Source of the DNA: Chloroflexota bacterium | Lineage (GTDB): Bacteria; Chloroflexota; UBA6077; FW602-bin22; CADDYW01 | DNA: 40,290 bases | Reading direction: 5' to 3' | Assembly: GCA_050695695.1 (NCBI GenBank) | Contig: JBOGTX010000987.1 | Coordinates: 1-40,290, forward strand | Shown: positions 16,104 to 24,672 of the stretch, piece by piece | How the letters are laid out: each line of letters begins with the position of its first letter | Position numbering within the stretch: position 1 is the first letter of the stretch | The notes under the pieces: model-generated | Told to the model about the DNA's origin: nothing | The model's input: the letters and a program-made list of their open reading frames with translations, nothing else | Databases searched by the model: none | Position numbers and translations under genes: made by a program

Positions 16104-17009
16104 TTAGAGAATGGTCTGGCCGAAGGCGGAAAGCGCGAGGTCGGCGGCGAGCTGGCCGGTCTGATTCTCGTGATCGCGGATCGCGTTCACCTCGACGAGC
16201 TCCAGCGCGGCCAGCGCCCCGGACTGCGCGATTGTCTCGAGCGCCAGGTGGGCCTCCCGGACGGTGATGCCACCGGAAACCGGCGTGCCGACGCCAGGGG
16301 CGAGCCGCGGATCGACGACGTCGAGGTCGAAGCTGACGTGGAGGGAGCCGGGTGGCGGATTCAAGAATCGCAGCGCGCGCTGGAGCACCTCGTAGATTCC
16401 GTCGCGGTCGACCTCGGCGATGGTGAAGATTTTGAGCCCGAGCCGACGGATCAGATCGCGCTCGCCGGGGTCGAGACTGCGCACGCCGACGATCGCGGCC
16501 CGTTCGGCGGGGATACAGCGCCGGTCCCAGTCCAGCCCATCGAAAAGGTCGGGAGCCTGACCGAGGGCCACTGCCAGCGGCATACCGTGAACGTTGCCGC
16601 TCGGCGTCGTGATCGGCGTATTGAGGTCGCCGTGGGCGTCGAGCCAGAGCACGCGAAGCTCGGGCAGTCGGTCCAGCGCGCCGGCCAGCGAGCCGGCGGC
16701 GAGCGAATGATCGCCGCCCAGGATCAGTGGGGTCGCGCCGTGACCGAGGCTCTCGCCGACCCTCGTTCGGAGGGCACGGCACACCCGTGCGACCGACTCG
16801 GCGTAGCGGGCGCGGGGATTTCCCTCGGCGACCGATTCGGCGACCGGCGCGTCGAGGTTGCCGCGATACACGACCTCGAGCCCGAGCGCGCGCAGCCGGG
16901 GAACCAGCCCGGCGTGGCGGACCGCCGATGTCCCGACGTCGACGCCGCGCAGCCCGGCGCCAAGGTCGAGCGGCACCCCGACGACCTCGATCCGTTTGGT
17001 CTGGCTCAT
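16104..17009 (-). CDS. rocF: Arginase (ureohydrolase family)
   Basis: The sequence MSQTKRIEVVGVPLDLGAGLRGVDVGTSAVRHAGL... has the Mn-binding motifs GGDHSLA, LDAHGDLNT and SFDLDVVDP. The N-terminus is collinear with Bacillus RocF. Confidence 0.8.
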   Translation of the reverse strand: MSQTKRIEVVGVPLDLGAGLRGVDVGTSAVRHAGLVPRLRALGLEVVYRGNLDAPVAESVAEGNPRARYAESVARVCRALRTRVGESLGHGATPLILGGDHSLAAGSLAGALDRLPELRVLWLDAHGDLNTPITTPSGNVHGMPLAVALGQAPDLFDGLDWDRRCIPAERAAIVGVRSLDPGERDLIRRLGLKIFTIAEVDRDGIYEVLQRALRFLNPPPGSLHVSFDLDVVDPRLAPGVGTPVSGGITVREAHLALETIAQSGALAALELVEVNAIRDHENQTGQLAADLALSAFGQTIL

Positions 17010-17014
17010 CGGCG

Positions 17015-17338
17015 CTATTGAAGGGGCGAGTACGGCGTCGCCTTCATGAAAGTCGCGGTGACCCGCGCGACGATTGGCCCGCTCTCTTCGGATTTGGCGC
17101 GCACCGCCTGCCATTCGGGGTCGGCCTGAAAGGCGTTCCAGACGCGCTCGCGGTGGGCCATGTCCTCCCAGGCGATCACGTAGGTCAAACGATTGCTGAC
17201 GCCGATCACGTCTTCCCAGTACGCGACGTCCTTGATACCGTGGCGCTCGAAGATCCGTCGGGTGTGGTTCTGGAATCGCGCGTGCAAGGCGCCCAGGCGG
17301 CCAGGGCAGGTGTCGTAGATGCGCAGCTCGTAAATCAT
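17015..17338 (-). CDS. NIPSNAP-family protein
   Basis: MIYELRIYDTCPGRLGALHARFQNHTRRIFERHGIK... starts at ATG 17338 after GGAGGA. Its stop lies 5 nt before the arginase ATG. Confidence 0.75.
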   Translation of the reverse strand: MIYELRIYDTCPGRLGALHARFQNHTRRIFERHGIKDVAYWEDVIGVSNRLTYVIAWEDMAHRERVWNAFQADPEWQAVRAKSEESGPIVARVTATFMKATPYSPLQ

Positions 17339-17403
17339 CGAATTCCTCCTCAGATCAATGGTGGGTCGCCAGACGATCGTCATCCGCGGGGCCTCTTGAT
17401 GGT

Positions 17404-17427
17404 CATGGTAGCATACCATGCTATAAT
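17404..17427 (+). promoter_or_regulatory. 17-bp perfect palindrome fused to the extended -10 TGcTATAAT, in a divergent promoter region
   Basis: CATGGTA-GCA-TACCATG (17404..17420) is followed by cTATAAT (17422..17427). The palindrome itself reads TGgTAGCAT on the plus strand and TGgTATGCT on the minus strand. Confidence 0.5.
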
Positions 17428-17516
17428 CGGCGGCAACGTCGGGGCCGAGCTGTCACTCTTGCACGCGGCGCGGGATGGCGAGGCCGAGCATCCTGCCTCG
17501 AACGTCGGGAGGAAGG

Positions 17517-17897
17517 TTGGCATACCCTCAGGATCTGCGCTATACCAAAGACCACGAATGGATTCGCGTCGCGGGCGGGCGCGGCGTCGTCGGGATCACC
17601 GCCTTCGCGGCCGAACAGTTGGGCGACGTCGTCTTCGTCGAGCTGCCCAGGGTCGGGGCGAAGCTCGAACAGGGCAAGCCCTTCGGGGTGGTCGAGTCGG
17701 TGAAGACGGCTTCCGACCTCTACGCGCCGGTCAGCGGGGCGGCGACCGAGGTGAACCAGAAGCTCGTCGATCAGCCCGAGCTGGTGAACCAGGACCCCTA
17801 TGGCGAAGGCTGGATGATCGAAATGGACGTATCGAATCCGTCCCAGATCGCCGCGCTGCTGACCGCCGAGCAGTACGAGGCGCAACTCCCCACGTGA
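17517..17897 (+). CDS. gcvH: Glycine cleavage system H protein (lipoyl carrier)
   Basis: (M)AYPQDLRYTKDHEWIRV...GVVESVKTASDLYAPVSG...DPYGEGWM carries the lipoyl-lysine motif. TTG 17517 follows GGGAGG and gives the canonical N-terminus. ATG 17475 is the longer alternative. Confidence 0.85.
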   Translation: MAYPQDLRYTKDHEWIRVAGGRGVVGITAFAAEQLGDVVFVELPRVGAKLEQGKPFGVVESVKTASDLYAPVSGAATEVNQKLVDQPELVNQDPYGEGWMIEMDVSNPSQIAALLTAEQYEAQLPT

Positions 17898-18523
17898 CCG
17901 CCCCCGCCAGCGCCATCGTCGTCGCGGGTGGCGCCAGCCGACGCCTCGGGCAGGACAAGCGCCAGCTTCGCCTCGGGTCGCCCCGGACGCTCCTCGAGGC
18001 GACGGTCGCCACGGTTTCCGCCCTCGCCGACGATGTCGTCGTGGTCGTCTCCACCGACCCGACAACCTTCGCCGGGCTGACGGCCCGAGTCGTCCAGGAC
18101 CCCGAGCCCGGGGCCGGCCCGTTGAACGCGCTGGTGGCCGGGCTCGCCGCGATCGAGCACGACGTCGCCCTGGTGGTCGCCTGCGACCTCCCTTTTCTCA
18201 GCCCAGCCCTCCTTGGTCGCCTGCTAGACGAGCCACGAGATTACGACCTGTTGGTGCCGGTCCGTTCCGACGGTCGGCTGGAGATGCTGCACGCCATGTA
18301 TCGTACGAGCTGTCTGGAGCCGGCGCGGCGGCGCCTCGCCGAACGGCGGCTCAAGCTGGCCGGCCTGGCCGACGACGTGCGCGCCCGCTTCGTCGACGAA
18401 TCCTGGCTTCGCCGCGACGATCCGTCCTTGCGCTCGTTCCTGAACCTGAACACGCCAGAAGACTTGCGCCGGGTGACCGAGCTGCTCGCCCAGGCGCGAG
18501 GCCACGCTCGCCGCGAAAGCTGA
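17894..18523 (+). CDS. mobA: Molybdenum cofactor guanylyltransferase MobA-like
   Basis: The sequence is VTAPASAIVVAGGASRRLGQDKRQL...GPLNALVAGL...LVVACDLPFLS.... The GTG start overlaps the gcvH stop (GTGA). It is only the C-terminal third of the 598-aa track ORF. Confidence 0.8.
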   Translation: MTAPASAIVVAGGASRRLGQDKRQLRLGSPRTLLEATVATVSALADDVVVVVSTDPTTFAGLTARVVQDPEPGAGPLNALVAGLAAIEHDVALVVACDLPFLSPALLGRLLDEPRDYDLLVPVRSDGRLEMLHAMYRTSCLEPARRRLAERRLKLAGLADDVRARFVDESWLRRDDPSLRSFLNLNTPEDLRRVTELLAQARGHARRES

Positions 18524-18734
18524 GATCCGCTCCCCGAAGCTTTTCGCGGGTTTCGCTCCATGTCGTGCCGTTCGCAGTCCAAACGTCGTCTCGGCGCTGA
18601 GCGACTCCTCTTCCCGGTACGGCATGTGCGTCCGGCTCGACCGCCAGTCGTTGTCGCCCGAGAGTAAGTGGGGCAAAGTCGTCGAGAAGTAAGATATAAT
18701 GTAAGACGAACAGCGACTTTCTCCAGGAGGAAAC

Positions 18735-19496
18735 TTGGGAGACGAATCGGCTCCGATCCGAATCGCGGCGATCGCCGACGTTCACTGCTACGACGAGCTC
18801 CGCGGCCGATTGCGCATTGAGCTGGCGCCGGTCAACGAGCAGGCTGACGTTCTGGTCCTGGCGGGCGACCTTACGTTGTACGGCAAGCTCGATGAAGCGC
18901 GCATCTTCGCCGATGAGCTGCGCGAGGTGCGGATCCCGATGATCGGCGTCCTTGGCAACCACGACTATGAGATGAACCAGGAACGCGCGATTCGAGAATG
19001 CATGCGCGACGCCGGCGTCTCGATGCTGGATGGCGAGACGACGACGATCGTCATTCGGGGACGGTCGGTCGGCTTCGCCGGGGTGAAGGGTTTTTGCGGC
19101 GGCTTCGGCGACTGCCTGGTCGCCCCTTTTGGCGAGTCTCCATTGAAGTCATTCGTCCGGGCGGGGCAGACCGAGGCCGAGAAGCTGGATGCCGGCCTTC
19201 GGGATCTGCGGCGGCGCGACGCGGTCGACCATCTCGTCGCCATCGTTCACTATGCTCCGATTCGAGAGACGGTGGTTGGCGAATCTCCGGAGCTCTTTCC
19301 TTTTCTCGGCAACAGCAGCCTGTGCGAGCCAATCGACCGTTACGACGCCGACGTCTGCTTCCACGGCCACGCTCACTACGGATCGCCCTTCGGGCACACG
19401 CCCCGGGGTATTCCGGTCTACAACGTGGCCCGCCCGCTCGTCCGAACCTACGTTGTTCACGCGCTCGCGCCAACCGGTCGCCTGGTCAACGTCTGA
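18735..19496 (+). CDS. Calcineurin-like metallophosphoesterase
   Basis: The motifs IADVH, LAGDLT, GNHDYE and CFHGHAH are present. TTG 18735 follows AGGAGG. Confidence 0.8.
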   Translation: MGDESAPIRIAAIADVHCYDELRGRLRIELAPVNEQADVLVLAGDLTLYGKLDEARIFADELREVRIPMIGVLGNHDYEMNQERAIRECMRDAGVSMLDGETTTIVIRGRSVGFAGVKGFCGGFGDCLVAPFGESPLKSFVRAGQTEAEKLDAGLRDLRRRDAVDHLVAIVHYAPIRETVVGESPELFPFLGNSSLCEPIDRYDADVCFHGHAHYGSPFGHTPRGIPVYNVARPLVRTYVVHALAPTGRLVNV

Positions 19497-19605
19497 TCGA
19501 TCTGGCTGGCCCGAATTGGTGGGTCCGGGGTGGTTGGCGAAGCGCCGCCTGTGACAAGATAGCGCTGGCGCCAACGAATCGGAACACTATCGCGAGGGAC
19601 CGGGA

Positions 19606-19971
19606 ATGCGGCGCGTCCGAGTTGTCAACGCGACTCGCCAACAGGTGCTGGCGGAGCGAGCCGAGGTGGCCGAGTCCTTCCTGCGACGCGGCATCGGCTT
19701 GCTTGGCCGGTCGGACTGGCAGCGATCCGATGGCCTGGTGATCGTTCCCGCCGATGGCGTCCACAGCTTCTTCATGAAGCTGACGATCGACGTGTTGCAC
19801 CTGACGAACGACGGCACGATCAAAAAGATTCTGCCGGCGATGAAGCCGTGGCGGATCGGGCCGATCGTCTGGCGCGGCCACGCCGCGGTGGAGCTGCCAC
19901 CGGGTACGGCGGCGCGAACCGGTACGCTGATCGGCGATCGGATCGCGATCGAGCCGATCCGCGACGGGTAG
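19606..19971 (+). CDS. DUF192-family protein
   Basis: The 121-aa protein carries ...RRGIGLLGR...LVIVPADGVHSFFMKLTIDVLHL...AAVELPPGT..., which is typical of DUF192/COG1430. Confidence 0.7.
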   Translation: MRRVRVVNATRQQVLAERAEVAESFLRRGIGLLGRSDWQRSDGLVIVPADGVHSFFMKLTIDVLHLTNDGTIKKILPAMKPWRIGPIVWRGHAAVELPPGTAARTGTLIGDRIAIEPIRDG

Positions 19972-19982
19972 GGGACGCGGCC

Positions 19983-20984
19983 TCACCCCGCCTCGCCGCT
20001 CAGCCGCTCGATCGCGTCCCACAGGGCGTCGCGCTCCGGCGCGACGAGGTCGCGGACGACACCGTCGCGCCGCAACCGACTCGGGCCCGCGACGACGTCC
20101 CCGATCCACGACACGGCGATGCCGCCTCGGTCGAGTGCTTCCCGGACCGCTCGCGGATTGGGCGTGGCGATGAGCAACGCGCCCGACGATACCAGGGTGA
20201 GCGGATCGATCGCGAGCGCCTCGCACACCGCCCGGGTCTCATCGCGCACCGGAATCCGGTCGGCGTCCACCTCGACGCCAACTCCGGCCGCGCCCGCGAG
20301 CTCGGCGAGCGCGCCAAGAACTCCGCCTTCGGTGGCGTCGTGCATCGCCGAGACCCCGGCCTCCGCGGCGGCCAGCGCTTCGCCGACGATGCTGATGTCA
20401 CGCGCGAAAGCTCGCGCGCGTTCCAGCGCGCCTTCGTCGACCGCCCTGGCGAGCGACGCGCCGTAGTCGCTGGCGAGCACCGCGGTACCTTCCAATCCCG
20501 CTGCCTTGGTCAGGAGAATCGCGTCGCCCGGCCGCGCGCCGGCACTGCTCACGTATCGGTCGCGCCTGGCCCGGCCGATCGCCGCGACCACCACGATCGA
20601 TCGTGGGAGACCGGCGGTGATCTCGCTATGGCCGCCAAGAATCTCGACGTCGAGCTCGCGCGCCGCCCGGTCGGCATCTGCCATCAGCGCGGACGCGTCG
20701 GCCGCCGCCGTTGCCGAGGCGAGCAGCAAGGTGACGAGCGCGCCCACCGGCCGCGCCCCCATCGCGGCAACATCGTTCGCGGCGATCTGAACCGCCAGCC
20801 AGCCGGCGTGTCGACCGGCGCCGGTGATCGGATCGGTCGAGAGCACCGCGACCTCGTCGCCAAAGCCGACCACCGCCGCGTCCTGGCCCGGTGCCGCGTG
20901 CACCAGGACGTCGGACCGCCGGACGCCACACCGGGGAAAGACGTACGATGCTAGCTCGCGGGCGGTTAGCTTGCCGGGTCTCAT
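19983..20984 (-). CDS. AIR-synthase-related protein (PurM/ThiL/HypE/SelD superfamily, COG2144-like)
   Basis: It contains ...GQDAAVVGFGDEVAVLSTDPITG...IAANDVAAMGARP...ILGGHSE...DATEGGV.... GAGGAG lies upstream of ATG 20984. Confidence 0.75.
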   Translation of the reverse strand: MRPGKLTARELASYVFPRCGVRRSDVLVHAAPGQDAAVVGFGDEVAVLSTDPITGAGRHAGWLAVQIAANDVAAMGARPVGALVTLLLASATAAADASALMADADRAARELDVEILGGHSEITAGLPRSIVVVAAIGRARRDRYVSSAGARPGDAILLTKAAGLEGTAVLASDYGASLARAVDEGALERARAFARDISIVGEALAAAEAGVSAMHDATEGGVLGALAELAGAAGVGVEVDADRIPVRDETRAVCEALAIDPLTLVSSGALLIATPNPRAVREALDRGGIAVSWIGDVVAGPSRLRRDGVVRDLVAPERDALWDAIERLSGEAG

Positions 20985-21067
20985 GCGATCTCCTCGTTGG
21001 TCTGCCTCGTTGATTCTACCTGACGGCGGGGCGCGTTTTGTCCCGGCTTTCTAAAAAGGAAATGTCC

Positions 21068-21898
21068 TCAGGCGACGCGATCCGGCCGGACGTTCCCTTC
21101 CTGGACGGTGCGCTCGGCTTCGCGACGGTCGGCCTCCAGGTCGCGTTTGGTCCAACCCTGGGCCAGCACCCAGGGCTCGCGTCCGTCGTGGTAGCCTTCG
21201 CGAATGTCGACCAGGAAGGAGTAGCGGTCGATCAGGGTACCGCGGCATTCGAGGGGGTTGGACACCGGCTGGGTCCGCTGAGCGTGCCAGCGATCGACGA
21301 GCTCGTGGACGAGCCAGGCCGGAACGTCGGACTGGCTCGAGGGGTAGATGAAGCGATAAAGGTTGACGTAGAAGAACAACAACTGCCAGCAGTGATCGAA
21401 TCGCCGTAGCAGGTACCGCCAGTCCATCGACTGGTGGGTCGCGTTGATCAGGTGCGACACGTCCGCCCCGTCGAACCGCTCGCGATGGGCGACGTACGCC
21501 TTGATCCAGATCAGGTCCTCGACCGGACACATCCGAACCGACTGGCCAAGGATGCTGGTGGGGCGTCCCCGCTCGTACCACTGGCGGTCGATTGGCGCCC
21601 GCCAGCCTCCGAAGCCAAAGATCAGGTCGACGTAATAAGGACCACGATAGGCGTGGGCGAGCCAGTGCGGCGCGGGCACCTCCACGGTGTAGCCACTGGC
21701 GGCAAGCGCCGTCAAAGCGGGGGTCAGATCCTCCGGGGTCAGAAAGAGATCGAGATCCTTGGTGTTGCGCCACAGGCCGGTGTAATAGCCCACGGCCGCG
21801 GCGCCGGCGACCACGAATTCGATCTTGCTCGTGGTGAGAATGCGCAAGGCATTGGCGTGTGCTTCTTGCTCGGCTGCTGAAACGATGAGTGGTTGCAT
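21068..21898 (-). CDS. Putative nucleotidyltransferase (Pol-beta-like fold) of uncharacterised family
   Basis: MQPLIVSAAEQEAHANALRILTTSKIEFVVAGAAAVGYYTGLWRNTKDLDLFL... has the G-x-x-x...DLDLF pattern of minimal nucleotidyltransferases. ATG 21898 follows GAGGGA. The upstream part of the 368-aa track ORF looks non-coding. Confidence 0.6.
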   Translation of the reverse strand: MQPLIVSAAEQEAHANALRILTTSKIEFVVAGAAAVGYYTGLWRNTKDLDLFLTPEDLTPALTALAASGYTVEVPAPHWLAHAYRGPYYVDLIFGFGGWRAPIDRQWYERGRPTSILGQSVRMCPVEDLIWIKAYVAHRERFDGADVSHLINATHQSMDWRYLLRRFDHCWQLLFFYVNLYRFIYPSSQSDVPAWLVHELVDRWHAQRTQPVSNPLECRGTLIDRYSFLVDIREGYHDGREPWVLAQGWTKRDLEADRREAERTVQEGNVRPDRVA

Positions 21899-22086
21899 GG
21901 ATTCCCTCAAGCCCGATCCGCTGAAGGTGAGTAGACAAGCTTCGCTTGCAATACCATTGCCAACCGGGGCCGAGTAGCCCGTCCGGCGATGACCCTCGGT
22001 CGAAGAACCAGACAGCCGGGCAGATGGGCACGGATTTTGCCCACTCCGTAGTCCGATGTTGTATGCTGAGGTGAGGAGGTTCGGCG

Positions 22087-22383
22087 ATGCAGACCACCAA
22101 TCTCTCCAACGTGTGGGGAACGCGAACCGGCTCGACCCCGCTGTCTTCTCCGGAACGCTTTCGCCACCCATCACGAACGCAGGAACAAACGCTGTTCCTC
22201 CATCGCTTCGAGGTACTGCTCACCAAGCGCCATCAACACGCCGGCCGCCTACCGCCAGAAGATTGGCGGATGCGGCTGATTGCCAAGGCGTTATACTCGA
22301 CCTATCGAGATTGTCTTGAATTGAGCGTCGGGGACGATGCTCGCGAGATTCTCCGTCGCGAGCGCGCCGCCCCACTCGGCTGA
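22087..22383 (+). CDS. Small hypothetical protein (98 aa)
   Basis: A strong SD (GAGGTGAGGAGG) lies 7 nt before the ATG, and the stop is 7 nt before the next gene. GC3 is clearly lower than in neighbouring genes, so coding status is uncertain. Confidence 0.35.
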   Translation: MQTTNLSNVWGTRTGSTPLSSPERFRHPSRTQEQTLFLHRFEVLLTKRHQHAGRLPPEDWRMRLIAKALYSTYRDCLELSVGDDAREILRRERAAPLG

Positions 22384-22390
22384 GGTAGGC

Positions 22391-22816
22391 ATGGCCCACG
22401 TCAAAGAGAGCATCGTGATTCCAGCGCCCATGTCCGCCATCTTCGACGTGATCGCCGATGACCGACGGGCTTTGGAGTGGATGGAAGGATTCAGCCGCTT
22501 CGAGCTCCTACCGGGGCCGACCAATGGGGTTGGGGCGCGCGTACGCGCCGCGGGCACGTTTCTGGGTTTCACCGTCGAGACCGAGCTCGAGATCAGCGAG
22601 TACGAGCGTCCCAATCGACTGGTTTCTCGCTCTTCGGGTCCAATCAAAGCGCTCACCACCTGGCTGTTATCCGAAGACGAAACCGGCACCCGGGTCACCT
22701 TCTCCGGGGACTACATCCTTCCGCTGCCGCTTCGCCTTGCCGGCGACCGAGCTTTCGAGCAGCTGGTCGCGGGCCAGATCCGGCACTCCCTCGTCAACCT
22801 TCGCCATCTCTGCTAG
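22391..22816 (+). CDS. SRPBCC (START/polyketide cyclase-like) family protein
   Basis: The sequence is MAHVKESIVIPAPMSAIFDVIADDRRALEWMEGF...TWLLSEDETGTRVTFSGDY.... The length and pattern are typical of SRPBCC ligand-binding proteins. Confidence 0.75.
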   Translation: MAHVKESIVIPAPMSAIFDVIADDRRALEWMEGFSRFELLPGPTNGVGARVRAAGTFLGFTVETELEISEYERPNRLVSRSSGPIKALTTWLLSEDETGTRVTFSGDYILPLPLRLAGDRAFEQLVAGQIRHSLVNLRHLC

Positions 22817-22859
22817 AATGCCCCCAGATTCAAGCCAGACCGATCTCCGGAGGAGTCCC

Positions 22860-23054
22860 TTGCGCGCGACCGTGCGATACGTCTTGCGGCAGCACCCGAT
22901 GCTCATCGCCTGGGTGATCCTCGCGGTGGGAATGGTGGCGATGCTCCTCTACGCCGCGAAGGACGTCGCGCTCCTGCCGACTCAGCTCGCCGCGCTTGTC
23001 GTCGCGACCATTCTGCTGGCGGGAGCGTGCGTGTGGATCCTCACCTGGGAGTGA
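22860..23054 (+). CDS. Small two-TM membrane protein
   Basis: TTG 22860 lies 4 nt after GGAGGAG. The product is (M)RATVRYVLRQHPMLIAWVILAVGMVAMLLYAAKDVALLPTQLAALVVATILLAGACVWILTWE. ATG 22818 is a longer alternative. Confidence 0.55.
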   Translation: MRATVRYVLRQHPMLIAWVILAVGMVAMLLYAAKDVALLPTQLAALVVATILLAGACVWILTWE

Positions 23055-23083
23055 GGGTGTCGCGGTGATTGGTGCGATCGGCC

Positions 23084-24022
23084 ATGCTGAATGACTCGCC
23101 AGCGCTCCCCGGCAACGTCCAGTCGATCGGTGCCAACGGACTCTCCTGGACCAGCGTGGAACGCCCGTCCCAGGCCGACCTTCGCGATCTCGCCGACATT
23201 TGGGATCTCCGTCCCGCCGACCTTGGCCTGGTGCTCGACGGGCGCCCGACCCCGGGCATCCTCCATCGCGAGCGCTACCGACTGATTCTCGTGTCGGTCC
23301 CGCTACCATCGGTCAATCGTCAACGCCTGACGCCGCTCGGTTGCCCGGTCGCGATCTTCGTTCGCCCGGACTCACTGCTGACGATCCACACCGGTCAGAT
23401 TCGGGCGCTGACTCGGTTCTTCGAGCAGTTGGCGGCGGACGGGGCATCGTGCGACGCGGCGTTCGCGGCGGGAATTGGTGGAGTGCTGCTCTCCCTGGTC
23501 CAGCGGCTCGTCGACGTCGCCGCGGCGGCGGTCAGCCAGCTCGATCACGATGTGTCACGGCACGCGGAAGAGCCGCGGCGGGTGATCGGTCCCGAGCTCA
23601 TCGCGGCGCTGACTGATCGTCAGCATGAGGCCGGGGTCTTACGGCGCCTCGTCGCGCCCTGGCCGGGACTGATTCGTGAGCTGGCGGACGTCGACCCTGG
23701 CCTCTCTGCGCGTGGCGACTGCGATTACCTGGCGCGGCGCGGTGATCTACTGATCGCCGACGTCGACGCGACCGCCGACGCTCTCCGCGGCCTGGTCGAG
23801 GTGGCTCGACTGGCGATCGACCTGCGACGAACCGGGTACGTCCAGGCGCTGACGATGGTGATCGCGCTCACCTTGCCGGTCCTGGTGGTGGCGATGCTCC
23901 TGGCAGTTCCCGCGGCCAGCCCGCTGGACAGTCCGTCAAACGGGTTCGCCATCACATTAGCGATCGCCGCCGCGGTCTTCCTCGGCGCCCTGCTCATCCT
24001 GAGGCGCCGAGGGATTTTCTAA
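23084..24022 (+). CDS. CorA-fold protein lacking the GMN motif
   Basis: The N-terminal CorA-like cytoplasmic domain is followed by two C-terminal TM helices. The first is LTMVIALTLPVLVVAMLLAVPAASPL, where canonical CorA has ...YGMNF.... The start could be TTG 23069, GTG 23072 or ATG 23084. Confidence 0.65.
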   Translation: MLNDSPALPGNVQSIGANGLSWTSVERPSQADLRDLADIWDLRPADLGLVLDGRPTPGILHRERYRLILVSVPLPSVNRQRLTPLGCPVAIFVRPDSLLTIHTGQIRALTRFFEQLAADGASCDAAFAAGIGGVLLSLVQRLVDVAAAAVSQLDHDVSRHAEEPRRVIGPELIAALTDRQHEAGVLRRLVAPWPGLIRELADVDPGLSARGDCDYLARRGDLLIADVDATADALRGLVEVARLAIDLRRTGYVQALTMVIALTLPVLVVAMLLAVPAASPLDSPSNGFAITLAIAAAVFLGALLILRRRGIF

Positions 24023-24023
24023 G

Positions 24024-24662
24024 CTAGCCCGCGTCGGGGCACGTGAAGTTGACGTAACCCGAGCGAAACGGTTCGACGCGAGCCTCTTCCGGTACGAACT
24101 GGTGGCGCCAGATGCAGCCGTTGTCGTTGCCAAGCAGGTGGAGGGAAACCGAGGTGACGGCCGACGCGGTGCGCACGCGGTGGATGTCGTTGTCCGGGAG
24201 TAACTCGTACAGGTCGCCCGGTCGCAAAAAGCGACGCTCGGCGAGGGTCAGCGTCGCCTGACCCTCGCGCGCGCCATCGTCCCGCCGGGTGAAGACGTCC
24301 TCTTCCTGCTCGCCGGCGTACAGCCCGACCAACCCCCAGGCCAGATGATCGTGGACCGGCGTTTGAACGCCCGGCGCCACGACCAGCGACGAAAAGGCAA
24401 GGCCAGCGTCGCCGGCCCGATAGAGGAGCCAGGTCCCAATGCCGCGCCCCATGCCACTCGTGTCGGCGATCTCCTGAAAACGCGCCGGCAACCAGGTCTT
24501 ATCGCCGAGCAGCTCCGCGAAGCGCGGCCGGATCTTCTCGATCACCCGGCGCGGATCGGCTGTCCCTCGACGAATCGCGTTCGCCTCGTCGACGAAGGCG
24601 CGCAGCAACGACGATTCGACGAAGAACTGGTCGGCATCGTGGGCGGTTTCGGCCTGATTCAT
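24024..24662 (-). CDS. Cysteine-dioxygenase-type-I-like cupin (3-His thiol dioxygenase family)
   Basis: The sequence ...GVQTPVHDHLAWGLVGLYAGEQEE...DIHRVRT... carries the cupin motifs. It is 212 aa long. Confidence 0.7.
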   Translation of the reverse strand: MNQAETAHDADQFFVESSLLRAFVDEANAIRRGTADPRRVIEKIRPRFAELLGDKTWLPARFQEIADTSGMGRGIGTWLLYRAGDAGLAFSSLVVAPGVQTPVHDHLAWGLVGLYAGEQEEDVFTRRDDGAREGQATLTLAERRFLRPGDLYELLPDNDIHRVRTASAVTSVSLHLLGNDNGCIWRHQFVPEEARVEPFRSGYVNFTCPDAG

Positions 24663-24672
24663 GGTCGGCCGC

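Noticed and set aside
17428-17516. A glycine riboswitch might lie upstream of gcvH.
   Set aside because: The leader is only ~90 nt, and I could not find the conserved glycine-aptamer core sequences.
16727-17893. This is the N-terminal two-thirds of the 598-aa plus-strand ORF ending at 18523.
   Set aside because: Only the last ~209 codons (from GTG 17894) look like MobA. The upstream part runs antisense through arginase and NIPSNAP and in another frame across gcvH, with Arg-rich junk translation.
21051-22226. The 391-aa minus-strand ORF and the upstream 92 codons of the 368-aa ORF overlap the nucleotidyltransferase region.
   Set aside because: The 391-aa frame is Arg/Pro-rich junk. In the 368-aa frame, the recognisable protein starts at ATG 21898 with its own SD, and the upstream part has poor codon usage.
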